This document shows, piece after piece, positions 30,836-41,385 of a stretch of DNA of 64,000 bases (the stretch's first letter is position 1; each line of letters opens with the position of its first letter). The DNA is from Smithella sp. (GTDB lineage: Bacteria; Desulfobacterota; Syntrophia; Syntrophales; Smithellaceae), in contig JBDKUX010000154.1 of assembly GCA_039679455.1 (NCBI GenBank), positions 22,552 to 86,551 of the forward strand, in the 5' to 3' direction. The notes under the pieces were generated by a model. It made no database searches and was not told the origin of the DNA. It worked only from the letters and a program-made list of their open reading frames with translations. The position numbers were made by a program, and so were the translations under genes.

Positions 30836-31677
30836 TACATATCCTTTGACAGTTGGCTGATGGTTTTCTCTAACAGATTTTCATTAAAATAGCTAGTAGA
30901 CGGAATATTGATGTGAAAGCAAATCAATTTTTGCCCCAGAATATCCTTTTCTCCTTCTATTATAATAGGGACATTTTTTTCTGCGGTTTTTTCAACTTCC
31001 ACAACGACAGCAAGTCTTGTGCTTTTTTTTATCCTGTCAGGGCTCAACAAATCAATGACAGGTATAATTCCCGTAGCTTCGGTATGCAGGTAACTGCTAA
31101 TTTTCTTATGTCCGGTGGCGATTAATTCACCGTGTTTATTTTTTTTAATCACAGCTATATCGTCTGCCACCCAATAATATTTTTTTGCCACCGTCTCCAG
31201 CGCCGCCGTCGTTTTTCCTATTCCGCTGGCTCCGGTAATTAAAATACCCTTCCCTTCTGCTTCCAGCAGAACTCCATGAACGAAAACAGTTTCCTGAAAT
31301 TTTTCACGAAGCAGTTCCTTTACAAGACTGGTCAGATAACGCTCATCATATTTAGAGGCGGCAACAGTAATATCATCGCTTGCCGGAAGATTTTTGAAAT
31401 CAGCAGGAATTGTCGGAGATTCGGCGAAGATAAGAAAAACAAAATTATTTCTTAAAAAATTATTCTGTTTCGCACGGAATTTACTTAAAACCGGGGGACT
31501 TATTACTGCAATAGTTGGTGTATTATTTCTTGATTTAGAATACGGTTTTTGATTTATAAGCCGGATATTGATTTTAAAGAAGTTTTTTTGCCAGCCGGTG
31601 GAAGCAATGATTTCTTCGATGCCCAGTCTCGTGATTTTTCCCTGAAAGATCTCTTTTAGAGACAATGTCTTTTTCAT
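30835..31677 (-). CDS. hprK: HPr kinase/phosphorylase
   Basis: P-loop [18 protein letters not shown] and a Walker-B-like VADD. ATG at 31677 ([13 protein letters not shown]). The track start at 31776 would overlap ptsN. Confidence 0.8.
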   Translation of the reverse strand: MKKTLSLKEIFQGKITRLGIEEIIASTGWQKNFFKINIRLINQKPYSKSRNNTPTIAVISPPVLSKFRAKQNNFLRNNFVFLIFAESPTIPADFKNLPASDDITVAASKYDERYLTSLVKELLREKFQETVFVHGVLLEAEGKGILITGASGIGKTTAALETVAKKYYWVADDIAVIKKNKHGELIATGHKKISSYLHTEATGIIPVIDLLSPDRIKKSTRLAVVVEVEKTAEKNVPIIIEGEKDILGQKLICFHINIPSTSYFNENLLEKTISQLSKDM

Positions 31678-31738
31678 GGATGTCCAAGTTTTGAAGGACA
31701 GGTACAGGTAAAAGTGAAAATTTGCCGCCGGACTTTTC

Positions 31739-32215
31739 TTACATAAACTGATTCGTATGTTTATTATCTTCTTCAATAATTATTTCATACAAATCATTGT
31801 TGGATTCTGCCTCCATAAGTTTTTCACGGAACTTGGCCGTCTTCAACATTCTGCAAATCTTTGCTAAAATCTTCAAGTGCTGGTTAGTGCTGCTTTCGGG
31901 CGCAAGCAATAAAAAGAAAATGTGAACAAGCTTGCCGTCAATGGAATCAAAAGCAACGCCCTTTTTGCTGCGGCCAAAAGCAATAATGATTTCTTCCAGA
32001 TTACTTATTTTACCATGGGGAATGGCAACTCCGTCTCCGATTCCGGTGGAACCGAGCTTTTCTCTTTGCAGTAAAACATCATAAACTTGCCGCTTATCAA
32101 CTCTCAGAGGTCCTTTTATCACCATTTCCGATAATTCGGCCAGTGCTTCAGTTTTATTCTTTGCCTGTAGATTATCGTCAAGATATTCCATTTTTAATAG
32201 TTGTTCCAAACGCAT
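31739..32215 (-). CDS. ptsN: PTS IIA-like nitrogen regulatory protein (EIIA-Ntr)
   Basis: EIIA fold with the phosphorylatable His in GDGVAIPHGK. Its position after hpf fits. Confidence 0.85.
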   Translation of the reverse strand: MRLEQLLKMEYLDDNLQAKNKTEALAELSEMVIKGPLRVDKRQVYDVLLQREKLGSTGIGDGVAIPHGKISNLEEIIIAFGRSKKGVAFDSIDGKLVHIFFLLLAPESSTNQHLKILAKICRMLKTAKFREKLMEAESNNDLYEIIIEEDNKHTNQFM

Positions 32216-32332
32216 TTAACTCACCTGATTTAAAATCTACAGAAACAATGATTATTACATCATTATGGCAATGAATTTAAATAGATATCAGCCCCATAAG
32301 AATATTATGAGGCTGAACGGATGACTTATTTT

Positions 32333-32860
32333 TTAACTATTAGTTTCAATGAGGGTGTAGTTTCCATCGTCGTGATGGTATACCAGACTTACATTTTCGG
32401 AAAGAGAATCACGATACATAATAAAACGCGCTTTACTTTCTTCTATTTCCATTATTGCTTCATCAAGCGACATGGGTTTTAAAACAATTTTTTTTGTTTC
32501 CACAATTTTATTGGTCGTTGTTTCTTCTTCACCTTGCACTGCTTTTCCTTCGGTATGGCGTATACTGCGGGGTTTATGTTCTCTGACTTTATCTTTTTGT
32601 TTCTTAAGTTGCTTTTCAATTTTTTCGATACAGCTGTCTATCGCCAAATGCATATCTTTTGCTTCTTCTTTGGCATTTACATTCCAGCCATTGGCGCTCA
32701 GATTTATTTCTGCAAAGTTTCTGAATTTTTCGGTGGAAAGAATGATATGTGCTTCGGAGGGCATATCCAGATATTTTTTCAGTTTAACTACTCTCTCTTC
32801 TGCGTAAACTTTTTGCCAGTTTTCACCTTCACCATTCCTGAAAGTAACCGAAATCTTCAT
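32333..32860 (-). CDS. hpf: ribosome hibernation promoting factor (long form)
   Basis: N-terminal S30AE/sigma-54-modulation domain and a C-terminal dimerisation domain (PMSLDEAIMEIE...FIMYRD). It lies directly downstream of rpoN. Confidence 0.9.
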   Translation of the reverse strand: MKISVTFRNGEGENWQKVYAEERVVKLKKYLDMPSEAHIILSTEKFRNFAEINLSANGWNVNAKEEAKDMHLAIDSCIEKIEKQLKKQKDKVREHKPRSIRHTEGKAVQGEEETTTNKIVETKKIVLKPMSLDEAIMEIEESKARFIMYRDSLSENVSLVYHHDDGNYTLIETNS

Positions 32861-33031
32861 TAATTATTCCTCCCTGATTAATTTAAACTTTTCCAAAGCT
32901 TACTGCGACTTTTTACTCTATTCAGGCAATCTCTGGAAAATAAAGGCAAGTCATATAGTGATGTCAATGGCAAAAGTCAATTAATATTTTATACGATTTA
33001 ATATTATAATCGTAATTTGCGGCTTATCACT

Positions 33032-34507
33032 TTAAAAATATTTCTTTCTTTTCGATGATGGCAGAATTCCCATCATTTCTCTGTACTTGGCTACTGTGCG
33101 TCTGGCAATGTTGATGCCCTTTTGTTTCAGTAAATCAACTATTTCGCAGTCACTGTAAGGCTTCTTGGGATCTTCCTTACCCACCAGATTCTTAATCTCT
33201 TCTTTGACGCTTTTCGAGGCAATATTTTCACCGGAAGTTCTTTGTATGGAGCTGCCGAAAAAATACTTCATTTCAAAGATGCCGCGGGGTGTATGCATGT
33301 ATTTATTGGTTACGACACGGCTGATTGTAGATTCATGCATTTCCACGTCATCCGCCACATCCCGGAGAATCAACGGTTTGAGAAACTTTATTCCCCTGTC
33401 AAAAAAATCTTTTTGAAATCCTACGATACTCTCGGCAACCTTATAGATTGTCTTTTGACGCTGCTGTATGCTTTTTATCAACCATGTTGCCGATTGAACT
33501 TTCTCCCTGATGTATTTTTTCCCGTTTTCTTCCTCATTATGGTCGCCATGACTGCTTACCCCCGCCATAACTTCCCGGTAAAAATTACTTATCCGCAAGC
33601 GCGGCATCCCGTCATCGTTGAGAATAATCTTATATTCGTCTCCTGATTTAAGAACATACACATCAGGCACAATTGATTGAACTTTTTCTTCCGAATACAT
33701 ACTGCCGGGACGCGGATCCATGTTACTGATCAACAGCACTGCCGTTTCCACTTCTCCCAGGGGAACCTTCAATTTGCGGGCAATATTAATATAATTTTTC
33801 AGCTCCAAATCTTTAAGGTGATCCTTGATTATCACTTCCACAATCTGATTTTTCGTGCCCAGCATCCTGGCCTGAATCAACAGACACTCCTGCAAATTAC
33901 GCGCGGCGACTCCGGCTGGATCAAATTCCTGCACCTTTAACAATACGGATTCAACAAATTCTTCCGTAACATTTTCCAATGCGGCAATTTCCTGAAGCGT
34001 TGCACACAAATATCCATTCTGGTCCAGATTTCCTACTATCTGTGCGCCGATTCTCATTTCTTCTTCCGAAAAGGGAGAAAGCTTCATCTGCCACATCAGA
34101 TGCTCGGTCAATGATTCTGCTTCCGTAATAATATTGTCCCAAGCCGGCGCTTCGGCATCCTTGCTTTCATAGGAAACACCAATCGGCCCATAGTCTTCCA
34201 GGTAATTGCCCCAGTCGAATTCTTCACGGCCATCTCCTTCACCGGTGAGTTCCACTGCCCGTTCAACAGCTTTCGTTTCATCCCGCTCAATCGATTGTAC
34301 ATCATCTTCCACTTCGGAATGAACCATATCCTCGCTGCTTTCATCCGATGTAACTTCCTCCAGAAAAGGATTTTCTTCCATTTCCTGATTGATGGTATCA
34401 ACGAGTTCCAGCCGGGACAACTGCAAAAGCTTTATCGCCTGCTGCAGTTGGGGAGTCATAATTAACTGTTGAGCTAGTTTAAGATTTTGTTTTAATTCAA
34501 AAGCCAT
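33032..34507 (-). CDS. rpoN: RNA polymerase sigma-54 factor
   Basis: N-terminal LKLAQQLIMTPQLQQAIKLLQLS and the C-terminal RpoN box ARRTVAKYR. ATG at 34507; the track start at 34513 is TTG. Confidence 0.95.
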   Translation of the reverse strand: MAFELKQNLKLAQQLIMTPQLQQAIKLLQLSRLELVDTINQEMEENPFLEEVTSDESSEDMVHSEVEDDVQSIERDETKAVERAVELTGEGDGREEFDWGNYLEDYGPIGVSYESKDAEAPAWDNIITEAESLTEHLMWQMKLSPFSEEEMRIGAQIVGNLDQNGYLCATLQEIAALENVTEEFVESVLLKVQEFDPAGVAARNLQECLLIQARMLGTKNQIVEVIIKDHLKDLELKNYINIARKLKVPLGEVETAVLLISNMDPRPGSMYSEEKVQSIVPDVYVLKSGDEYKIILNDDGMPRLRISNFYREVMAGVSSHGDHNEEENGKKYIREKVQSATWLIKSIQQRQKTIYKVAESIVGFQKDFFDRGIKFLKPLILRDVADDVEMHESTISRVVTNKYMHTPRGIFEMKYFFGSSIQRTSGENIASKSVKEEIKNLVGKEDPKKPYSDCEIVDLLKQKGINIARRTVAKYREMMGILPSSKRKKYF

Positions 34508-34534
34508 ATACAATAATCTTCTTCTATATATTTA

Positions 34535-35257
34535 TTACAAACTAAAATCTTCGCCAAAATAGAACTTCCTGGCTAATTCACTGTTGGCGATTACTTCCGG
34601 CTCGCCTTCAACAAGGATTGCTCCTTCATTTACTATATAAGCGCGATCGCAGCAGGACAGAGTTTCCCGAACATTATGGTCGGAAATAATAATACCTATT
34701 CCTTTTGCTTTCAACTTGCCGATTATTTTCTGAATGTCCGCGACGGCAAGCGGATCAATTCCGGCAAAAGGTTCGTCTAAAAGAATATATTTCGGGGATG
34801 TTACCAACGCCCGCGTAATTTCAACTCTTCTTCTTTCACCGCCGGAAAGGGAATAAGCATGATTTTTAGCAAGGCTTGTAAGATCTAATTCTCCGAGCAG
34901 AACCCTGAGCCTTTCTTTTCTTTCATCTTCCTTTAAGGCAAGAGTTTCCAAAATTGCCATAATATTTTCTTCCACAGTTAACTTACGAAAAATTGAAGGC
35001 TCCTGGGGCAGATAATTCAATCCCCGCTGGGCTCTTTTATACATGGGATATTTGCCTATATCCTCGCCGTCAAGAAATATTTCTCCGCCATCGGGCTTGA
35101 TTAAGCCGACAATCATATAAAAAGTTGTTGTTTTACCGGCGCCATTGGGACCAAGCAAACCAACAACTTCCCCCGGCGAAATGGATATATTAATGCCGTT
35201 GACAACTTTTCTTTTATTGTAAATTTTTGTTAATCCCTTTGCTAATAAATTACCCAT
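34535..35257 (-). CDS. lptB: LPS export ABC transporter ATP-binding protein
   Basis: GLLGPNGAGKTTTFY, LSGGERRR and ILLDEP motifs, in the position between lptA and rpoN. Confidence 0.9.
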   Translation of the reverse strand: MGNLLAKGLTKIYNKRKVVNGINISISPGEVVGLLGPNGAGKTTTFYMIVGLIKPDGGEIFLDGEDIGKYPMYKRAQRGLNYLPQEPSIFRKLTVEENIMAILETLALKEDERKERLRVLLGELDLTSLAKNHAYSLSGGERRRVEITRALVTSPKYILLDEPFAGIDPLAVADIQKIIGKLKAKGIGIIISDHNVRETLSCCDRAYIVNEGAILVEGEPEVIANSELARKFYFGEDFSL

Positions 35258-35268
35258 TTTGTCTTTTT

Positions 35269-35832
35269 TTATTTCTTTTTTTTATCTTCATTCTTCTCTT
35301 GCGGGTAAATAACGGCTTTCACTCTTTTTTTATCTTTGCTCTCCACCACTCCGCGATCCTCATTGACAAAAACAATTACTTTCTCCCCTTTTATAGTATT
35401 TTTGCCGTCGCGCAGCACCGGATTACCGGTCATAATAATTTGTCCGCTATCCTGATAATAAACAGCTTCCTCACCTGTGGCAACCCGCTCTTTTTGAGTC
35501 ACTATAACATGACCTTTAGCTTCAATTTTTTCCAGATCGCCCGTTCCTTCCATTGCTTTAATACCTGTCTTGTCTTTTTTGCCAGCTTGTTTTTTGTAAT
35601 AGATAATCAAGCGATCCGATTTTATCTCCCGATCACCCTGCGTGGCCACGGCATTTCCCGAAAATACCACCATTTTTTTTTCGTTATAGGCATCCATGCG
35701 GTCCGATACAATTTCTATCGGCTCTTTGGAAGTGAGTTTTTTAACTTTTGGCGGATTATCTACAGCCTGAACCATAGAAACAGCCGATAATATAAGCAGG
35801 ATGGACAGAGTAACTATTTTTTTAATTGTCAT
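35269..35832 (-). CDS. lptA: LPS transport periplasmic protein LptA (OstA-like)
   Basis: Signal peptide plus OstA-like beta-jellyroll repeats (IEIVSDRMDAYN...FSGNAV...). Synteny supports the call. Confidence 0.8.
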   Translation of the reverse strand: MTIKKIVTLSILLILSAVSMVQAVDNPPKVKKLTSKEPIEIVSDRMDAYNEKKMVVFSGNAVATQGDREIKSDRLIIYYKKQAGKKDKTGIKAMEGTGDLEKIEAKGHVIVTQKERVATGEEAVYYQDSGQIIMTGNPVLRDGKNTIKGEKVIVFVNEDRGVVESKDKKRVKAVIYPQEKNEDKKKK

Positions 35833-35842
35833 TTTATATACA

Positions 35843-36394
35843 CTAATTTATTTTTGCTTTAACTGAAGATAAGAGTTTTAATTCTCCCGCATTCATATAA
35901 AGAACAAGTCCTTTACCCTCTATTCTCATTTTATTGTTTTCCATAACTACCGGGGCACTGGTGTAAAATTTCCTCTCCGCATTGGAATATTTAACATAAT
36001 CGGTGGCAAAGCGATCGCCCGAGTCGGAGACAATGACAACATTTCCTCTAATTTCAATGTCTTTTTTGTCGGTAAGCATTTGACCTTTATCTCCCGTCAT
36101 CCGGTACACTTTTTTTTCCGCCGTCGTTAATGTTATTTGCACCTGATCAAAGTCGGCCACATTTTGCTTTTTGTCGTATTGGGCGGTTTTTGCTCTTACT
36201 TCCCACTTTGAGTTGGCAGCGCCTACTTCCGTATAGACAAAATCTTTTATTTGCAGATCGACATGATCGGGCAATATCTTTAATATTTTCTTAGGCTTAT
36301 CGTTAACATTTCGAATAACGGCAACAACTACTGAAACCGCCGTAACAACGATCAAAACCGATAATATAATTATTTTTTTTTTACTAATTTTCAT
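35843..36394 (-). CDS. lptC: LPS export system protein LptC
   Basis: Single N-terminal TM anchor and an LptC-like periplasmic domain. Synteny (kdsC-lptC-lptA-lptB) supports the call. Confidence 0.75.
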   Translation of the reverse strand: MKISKKKIIILSVLIVVTAVSVVVAVIRNVNDKPKKILKILPDHVDLQIKDFVYTEVGAANSKWEVRAKTAQYDKKQNVADFDQVQITLTTAEKKVYRMTGDKGQMLTDKKDIEIRGNVVIVSDSGDRFATDYVKYSNAERKFYTSAPVVMENNKMRIEGKGLVLYMNAGELKLLSSVKAKIN

Positions 36395-36509
36395 TTAATT
36401 CAATTTCAATATTTTTTGTCGTTCCGTCCAGCTTGATTCTTTTATATCACTCAGTATCAGACATGTAAAGTTATAAGACTTTTCCAGGTCACGCCCGATA
36501 ATTGTCAAG

Positions 36510-37049
36510 TTAAAGATGTTCCGTAAATTCATACTTGGCGGCGATCTCCGACCATCTCCCCTGTGCCTGCAGCAGCATTTCGCACACTTCACGCACCGCA
36601 CCGCATCCGCCTTTATTTTTCGTCACGTAATCAACTGTTTTTTTTACTATATCAAGCGCATCGGCCACCGCAGCGGAAAACCCGGCCTCTTTTAATACTG
36701 GAATATCAACAATATCGTCACCTATAAAGGCCGCTTCACTGGAGGTCAATTTGTTTTTTTGTAATATTTCTATAAATACTTCTTTTTTATTATAGATTTT
36801 TTGATAAACTTCTTTAATTTCCAGGTCATGCGCGCGATGCTTTACCACTTCCGATTTCCGGCCGGTGAGCAGCGCCACTTCGATTCCATAACGTTGAATA
36901 AGCTTAATACCGTGACCGTCACGCACATTGAAGTTTTTTATTTCCCGGCCGGTGTCATCCATAATTATCCGGCCGTCAGTCATTACACCATCCACATCCA
37001 TAATGAGGATTTTAATATTTTTTAATTTTTCCCGAAGACTTTTTTTCAT
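36510..37049 (-). CDS. kdsC: 3-deoxy-D-manno-octulosonate 8-phosphate phosphatase
   Basis: HAD motifs IMDVDGVMTDG and GDDIVD, with the size and context typical of KdsC. Confidence 0.85.
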   Translation of the reverse strand: MKKSLREKLKNIKILIMDVDGVMTDGRIIMDDTGREIKNFNVRDGHGIKLIQRYGIEVALLTGRKSEVVKHRAHDLEIKEVYQKIYNKKEVFIEILQKNKLTSSEAAFIGDDIVDIPVLKEAGFSAAVADALDIVKKTVDYVTKNKGGCGAVREVCEMLLQAQGRWSEIAAKYEFTEHL

Positions 37050-37052
37050 CTT

Positions 37053-37874
37053 TTATATTTCCTTCACCACATTATCAATTTTCTTCAGTATCGTCAGCAA
37101 TGCCTCCAGTGAATCGAGATAAAGCGAATTAGCGCCATCGCAGAGAGCTTTTTCCGGATCACGGTGCACTTCCAGAAAGACTCCGTCGACACCAGCCGCT
37201 ACAGCCGCTCGGGCAAGATACTTGGCCATTTCCCGCTCTCCTCCAGAGGCAGTGCCCGCTCCGCCCGGCAATTGCACAGAATGCGTAGCGTCAAAAATTA
37301 CCGGGTATCCCATTTCTCTGATAATTGGCAAAGAACGGACATCAAAGACAAGATTGTTATATCCAAACGATGTGCCCCTTTCCGTTATCATAATATTATC
37401 GTTGCCAGTTGATTTTGCTTTAATAATGATATTGGCGACATCTCCCGGAGCGAGGAATTGTCCTTTTTTTACATTTATAACCCGGGCCTTTTTCGCAATT
37501 TCCAAAATGAAATCGGTCTGACGGCAAAGAAACGCAGGCACCTGCATGACATCCAGCACCCGGGCCGCCGGATCAATTTCCTCAAAGCGATGCACATCGG
37601 AAAGAACAGGAACTCCCACTTTGTCTTTAACTTTCTGGAGAATAGCCAAACCCTTTTCAGGCCCCGGCCCTCGGTAAGAATTTATTGATGTACGATTCGC
37701 CTTGTCATAAGACGCTTTAAAAATATAGGGAATTTCCAGTTTACCTGTCAGATTTTTCAAATACTCGGCTATATCGATTGCTGCTTCTTCATTTTCCAGG
37801 ACGCACGGACCGGCGATAAGAACAAATCCCTTATTACCGCCTATGGTAATGCTGCCCATGTCAATCTGCTTCAT
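37053..37874 (-). CDS. kdsA: 3-deoxy-8-phosphooctulonate synthase
   Basis: AGPCVLE, FKASYDKANR, QVPAFLCRQTD and FDATHSVQ motifs. Confidence 0.95.
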   Translation of the reverse strand: MKQIDMGSITIGGNKGFVLIAGPCVLENEEAAIDIAEYLKNLTGKLEIPYIFKASYDKANRTSINSYRGPGPEKGLAILQKVKDKVGVPVLSDVHRFEEIDPAARVLDVMQVPAFLCRQTDFILEIAKKARVINVKKGQFLAPGDVANIIIKAKSTGNDNIMITERGTSFGYNNLVFDVRSLPIIREMGYPVIFDATHSVQLPGGAGTASGGEREMAKYLARAAVAAGVDGVFLEVHRDPEKALCDGANSLYLDSLEALLTILKKIDNVVKEI

Positions 37875-37886
37875 GTTTTTTACTCC

Positions 37887-39896
37887 TCAGTCTGTTTTCT
37901 GCAATCTCTTCTGTAAAAGCATAATTTTCAGTTTTGGTATTCTTCTGCCTGCTTTGGATTCGGGATTCAGTTCATAAGCTTTTGTATATGCCTTTAGAGC
38001 TTCTGCATAAAGACCTTTTTTCTCGTATGCTTCACCCAGGTTGGCGTAGACATCATCGTCTTCCCGGTCATATTTCAAAGCAATTTGATAATTTTTAATG
38101 GCCTTGTCCCAATCACCGCCGGCCGCATAAGCGTAGCCCAGGCTGGAGTACGATGCCGCCTTTCTTGGTTCCATCGCGGCGACTTTCTGGTAATTTTTTA
38201 TGGCTTGATCAACTTTTTTCTGCTTCAGATAATAATTGGCAAGAATTGACAGCACTTCTTTTGTGGGAGGCGACACCTTTTGATATTCAGCTATCGCCTC
38301 TTTTTCCCGCCCCAGTTTGCCGTAGGCATAAGCAAGATTATAATGGAGGTTTGAGCTTTTAGCGCCAAGCTTAATCGCTTTTTTATAGTTTTCCGCCGAT
38401 GCGGTATATTTCTTCAGTTCACCGTAGGCAAAACCGAGGTTGGCAAAGATTGCTGCGTTTTGGGGAGCTGTCTTGGCCAGTTTCTCATAATACTTAACAG
38501 CTTGATCATACTTTTTGTTTTTAAAATATAGCGTTGCCAGGCGCTCTCGTGCATCGGCATCGCCGGGTTTAATTTTCAGCGCCTGCTCATATTCTTTGAT
38601 GGCCTCGGCATCAAGCTTCCTTTTTTCATAAGCGGCGCCAAGATTAAAATGGATCACCGATTCCGATGCATTAAGTTCCGCCGCCTGTTTTAAATTGCTG
38701 AGCTCCTCCCGGGAATTGCCTTTTCCGGCGTATGCCACCGCCAAATTAGCACGGGCAATGGCATTCCCCGGTTCACTGGCCAGCACTTCCTTGTAATACT
38801 TGACGGCATCATCATATTTTTTATTTTTTAAATATGCATCGCCAAGGGCAAGCTTTGCCGATGTTTTGTCCGGTGCATGTGCAATAATATATTCATACTG
38901 TTCAATAGCCGGGCTCATCTTGTTCATGCGGGCATAAATATTTCCCAGCCTTAAACGTATCTGATAATTATCGGGATTATTTTTAACGGCCTCCATATAG
39001 TTCTTGATTGCCTGATCCCCAAGGCCTTTTTCTTCCAGCAATAATCCCAGACCTTCGTAAGCCTCGGCATCGTGCGGATCGGCTTTGACGAGCTTTGTAA
39101 ATACCTCAATGGCGCGATCAAATTCCTTGTTGCGAATATGGCATTTGGCTAATTCTCTCAGCACCACCTTATCATCAGGATTTATCGTCAAGATTTCCTG
39201 ATATAATTTAACAGCCTCGTCCATCTTCCCTATGCGGATATAGATTCCAGCCAGAATTTTACGTACACCCGTGTCTTCTTTATTGATGGCAACCGCTTTT
39301 TTCAGATATTCAATTTGTGTTTGAACATTCGCCGTCCCCTTGGCAAAACGCAACCAGTCCTGCGGTGTAATAACAACTTTAATCGGAACTTTGGCCAATA
39401 AATTTTTCCCATAATTTATGCGGATGGAATAATCGGACACGGTTCCGCCGCCGCGGCTCATTACTCCTTCCGCCATAACTTTATTGACCAGATCTATCCC
39501 CCGCATTAAAACACCAATATCATTTTCACCCTTACCCAGACCCTCAACATTAACTGTTATGTTTGCTCCCTTCATGTCGTCGGTTACGACCGATTTCACT
39601 ACGAATTCATCACGATAAGTAACTTCCAGGGATTCATTCATGCGGACATGAATATCTTTGCCGTTCTTTTCCATTTCCAGATAATAGAAATGAATCCTGC
39701 TGTGAAACACGTAGTAAGAAATGGTGTTTTTTATTCGTACGGCATTAAACGTAATTTTTTCCAATGCATGAGGACGAAGGAAAAACAACAGCGCAAAAAT
39801 CACGATTATGCCGGCGGCAACACCCGGAATAATCCATCTTTTCTGTAAAAATTCTTCATTATAGTTTTGCTGGTTGTTATTTTTATTATCTTCCAT
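37887..39896 (-). CDS. membrane-anchored tetratricopeptide repeat protein
   Basis: N-terminal TM, a ~170-aa unique domain, then more than 10 TPR units (repeated A..Y..AL...P.....A..NLG). The ATG at 39896 follows GGGGAG; the track start at 39920 is GTG. Confidence 0.75.
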   Translation of the reverse strand: MEDNKNNNQQNYNEEFLQKRWIIPGVAAGIIVIFALLFFLRPHALEKITFNAVRIKNTISYYVFHSRIHFYYLEMEKNGKDIHVRMNESLEVTYRDEFVVKSVVTDDMKGANITVNVEGLGKGENDIGVLMRGIDLVNKVMAEGVMSRGGGTVSDYSIRINYGKNLLAKVPIKVVITPQDWLRFAKGTANVQTQIEYLKKAVAINKEDTGVRKILAGIYIRIGKMDEAVKLYQEILTINPDDKVVLRELAKCHIRNKEFDRAIEVFTKLVKADPHDAEAYEGLGLLLEEKGLGDQAIKNYMEAVKNNPDNYQIRLRLGNIYARMNKMSPAIEQYEYIIAHAPDKTSAKLALGDAYLKNKKYDDAVKYYKEVLASEPGNAIARANLAVAYAGKGNSREELSNLKQAAELNASESVIHFNLGAAYEKRKLDAEAIKEYEQALKIKPGDADARERLATLYFKNKKYDQAVKYYEKLAKTAPQNAAIFANLGFAYGELKKYTASAENYKKAIKLGAKSSNLHYNLAYAYGKLGREKEAIAEYQKVSPPTKEVLSILANYYLKQKKVDQAIKNYQKVAAMEPRKAASYSSLGYAYAAGGDWDKAIKNYQIALKYDREDDDVYANLGEAYEKKGLYAEALKAYTKAYELNPESKAGRRIPKLKIMLLQKRLQKTD

Positions 39897-39938
39897 CTGC
39901 TCCCCGATAAGACAAATCACCTTTCAGCTTTCCCGGCT

Positions 39939-40826
39939 TCAACCACGTGGATGAAATTTTTGATGAATTTCCTTTAACCTCTCCCGAGTGATATGAGTAT
40001 AAATTTGTGTAGTGGATATATCGGCATGCCCCAGCATTACCTGCACTGTCCGCAAATCGGCTCCGCCTTCCAAAAGGTGGGAAGCAAATGAATGACGGAA
40101 AGTATGGGGATGGACTTTCTTGTATAATCCTGATTTTTTAGCATAGCCGACAACTATTTTCCAAAATCCCTGCCGGGTAAATTTCCCTCCGAAGCGGTTA
40201 AGAAACAAAATATCTGTGCTTTTTCCCTGCATTAATTGCGGCCTGGCCTTTTCTACATAATGTCTCGTGCAGTCATAAGCTGTTTTACCAATCGGCACTA
40301 TCCGTTCCTTACTGCCCTTCCCCATAACAACTAGGAAGCCAACCTGCCAGTTAATACTGTTCATCGTCAAACCGATTAATTCGGAGACACGAATGCCCGT
40401 GGCATATAACAATTCCAGCATTGCACTGTTGCGCACCGCCGGCGCCGTTTCCATTCCCGGCTGGGCCAGAATAAGATTCATCTCTTCTTTGCTGATTGTA
40501 TCCGGCAGCCGCATCCATACTTTGGCCAGTTCTATATTGGCGAGCGGCGTCTGATCAAGTATCTTTTCCTGCAAAAGATACTTGTAAAATCCCCTCAGGG
40601 CTGCTAATGACCGGTTTGCTGAATTGGCTGAAAGTCCCTCATCCTTTATTCGCACCAGATATTCTATAACAGTTTCCGGCAAAATCTGCCGTAAGTCCGT
40701 AATACCTTTTTCCTGAACAATACACAGAAAACGGCGCAGATCCCGTCCATAGGCCTCCAGAGTATTTTCCGCCATGCCGCGCTCAATTAGTAGATAGTTC
40801 AAATATTTCTCCAGTAACTCCTGCAT
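39939..40826 (-). CDS. xerD: site-specific tyrosine recombinase XerD
   Basis: N-terminal LLEKYLNYLLIERGMAENTLEAYGRDL (SAM-like domain) and catalytic R...HTFRHSFASHLL...GHADISTTQIYTH. ATG at 40826 gives 295 aa. Confidence 0.85.
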   Translation of the reverse strand: MQELLEKYLNYLLIERGMAENTLEAYGRDLRRFLCIVQEKGITDLRQILPETVIEYLVRIKDEGLSANSANRSLAALRGFYKYLLQEKILDQTPLANIELAKVWMRLPDTISKEEMNLILAQPGMETAPAVRNSAMLELLYATGIRVSELIGLTMNSINWQVGFLVVMGKGSKERIVPIGKTAYDCTRHYVEKARPQLMQGKSTDILFLNRFGGKFTRQGFWKIVVGYAKKSGLYKKVHPHTFRHSFASHLLEGGADLRTVQVMLGHADISTTQIYTHITRERLKEIHQKFHPRG

Positions 40827-40938
40827 AAGGCTTACTAACGCAAATATAACAACGAAGCAAAGATTTTTTATTGACTTATTTTGCTTTCTCATAAAAAAAT
40901 AAACCACGAGATATTAATTACCAGGCAGGGAGCAGCAA

Positions 40939-41385
40939 ATGAAAAAAATAATTATCGCCTCCGATCACGGCGCTGTTGTTTTGAAAGATCAAATTATATC
41001 TTTTTTAAAGACTAAAAATTGTGAGATCAAAGACATGGGGGTGAACAGTGATGATTCCGTTGATTACCCTGATATTGCGATAAAAGCATGTAGGGAATTT
41101 AATAAAGGCGGATATGATTTCGGCATTCTTCTTTGCGGTACGGGAATCGGTATGTCGCTTGCCGCCAATAAAATTAAGGGCATCCGGTGTGCGGCAGTGC
41201 TTGATCTGTTTACCGCGGAAATGGCTAAAGCTCACAATAATGCCAATTTCATCGTCTTCGGCGGCAGAATAAAATACTGCGTACCCATCACGGATATGAT
41301 CGAAAAATTCATGAATACGAATTTTGAAGGCGGCCGCCATGAACGAAGAATAACCAAAATCATGGCAATAGAAGATCAATGCTGA
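40939..41385 (+). CDS. rpiB: ribose-5-phosphate isomerase B
   Basis: IIIASDHGA...LLCGTGIGMSLAANK...GGRHERR, the RpiB/LacA/LacB family pattern. Confidence 0.9.
   Translation: MKKIIIASDHGAVVLKDQIISFLKTKNCEIKDMGVNSDDSVDYPDIAIKACREFNKGGYDFGILLCGTGIGMSLAANKIKGIRCAAVLDLFTAEMAKAHNNANFIVFGGRIKYCVPITDMIEKFMNTNFEGGRHERRITKIMAIEDQC

Noticed and set aside
36395-36601. 68-aa minus-strand ORF between kdsC and lptC
   Set aside because: It overlaps the 3' end of kdsC in another frame, is Cys/Arg-rich and has no SD. It is most likely spurious.
39939-40826. Tyrosine recombinase considered as the integrase of a mobile element
   Set aside because: It has the XerD-type N-terminal domain, the typical length (295 aa) and housekeeping neighbours (kdsA, a TPR protein gene, rpiB). 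There are no att-like repeats, tRNA or cargo genes next to it.
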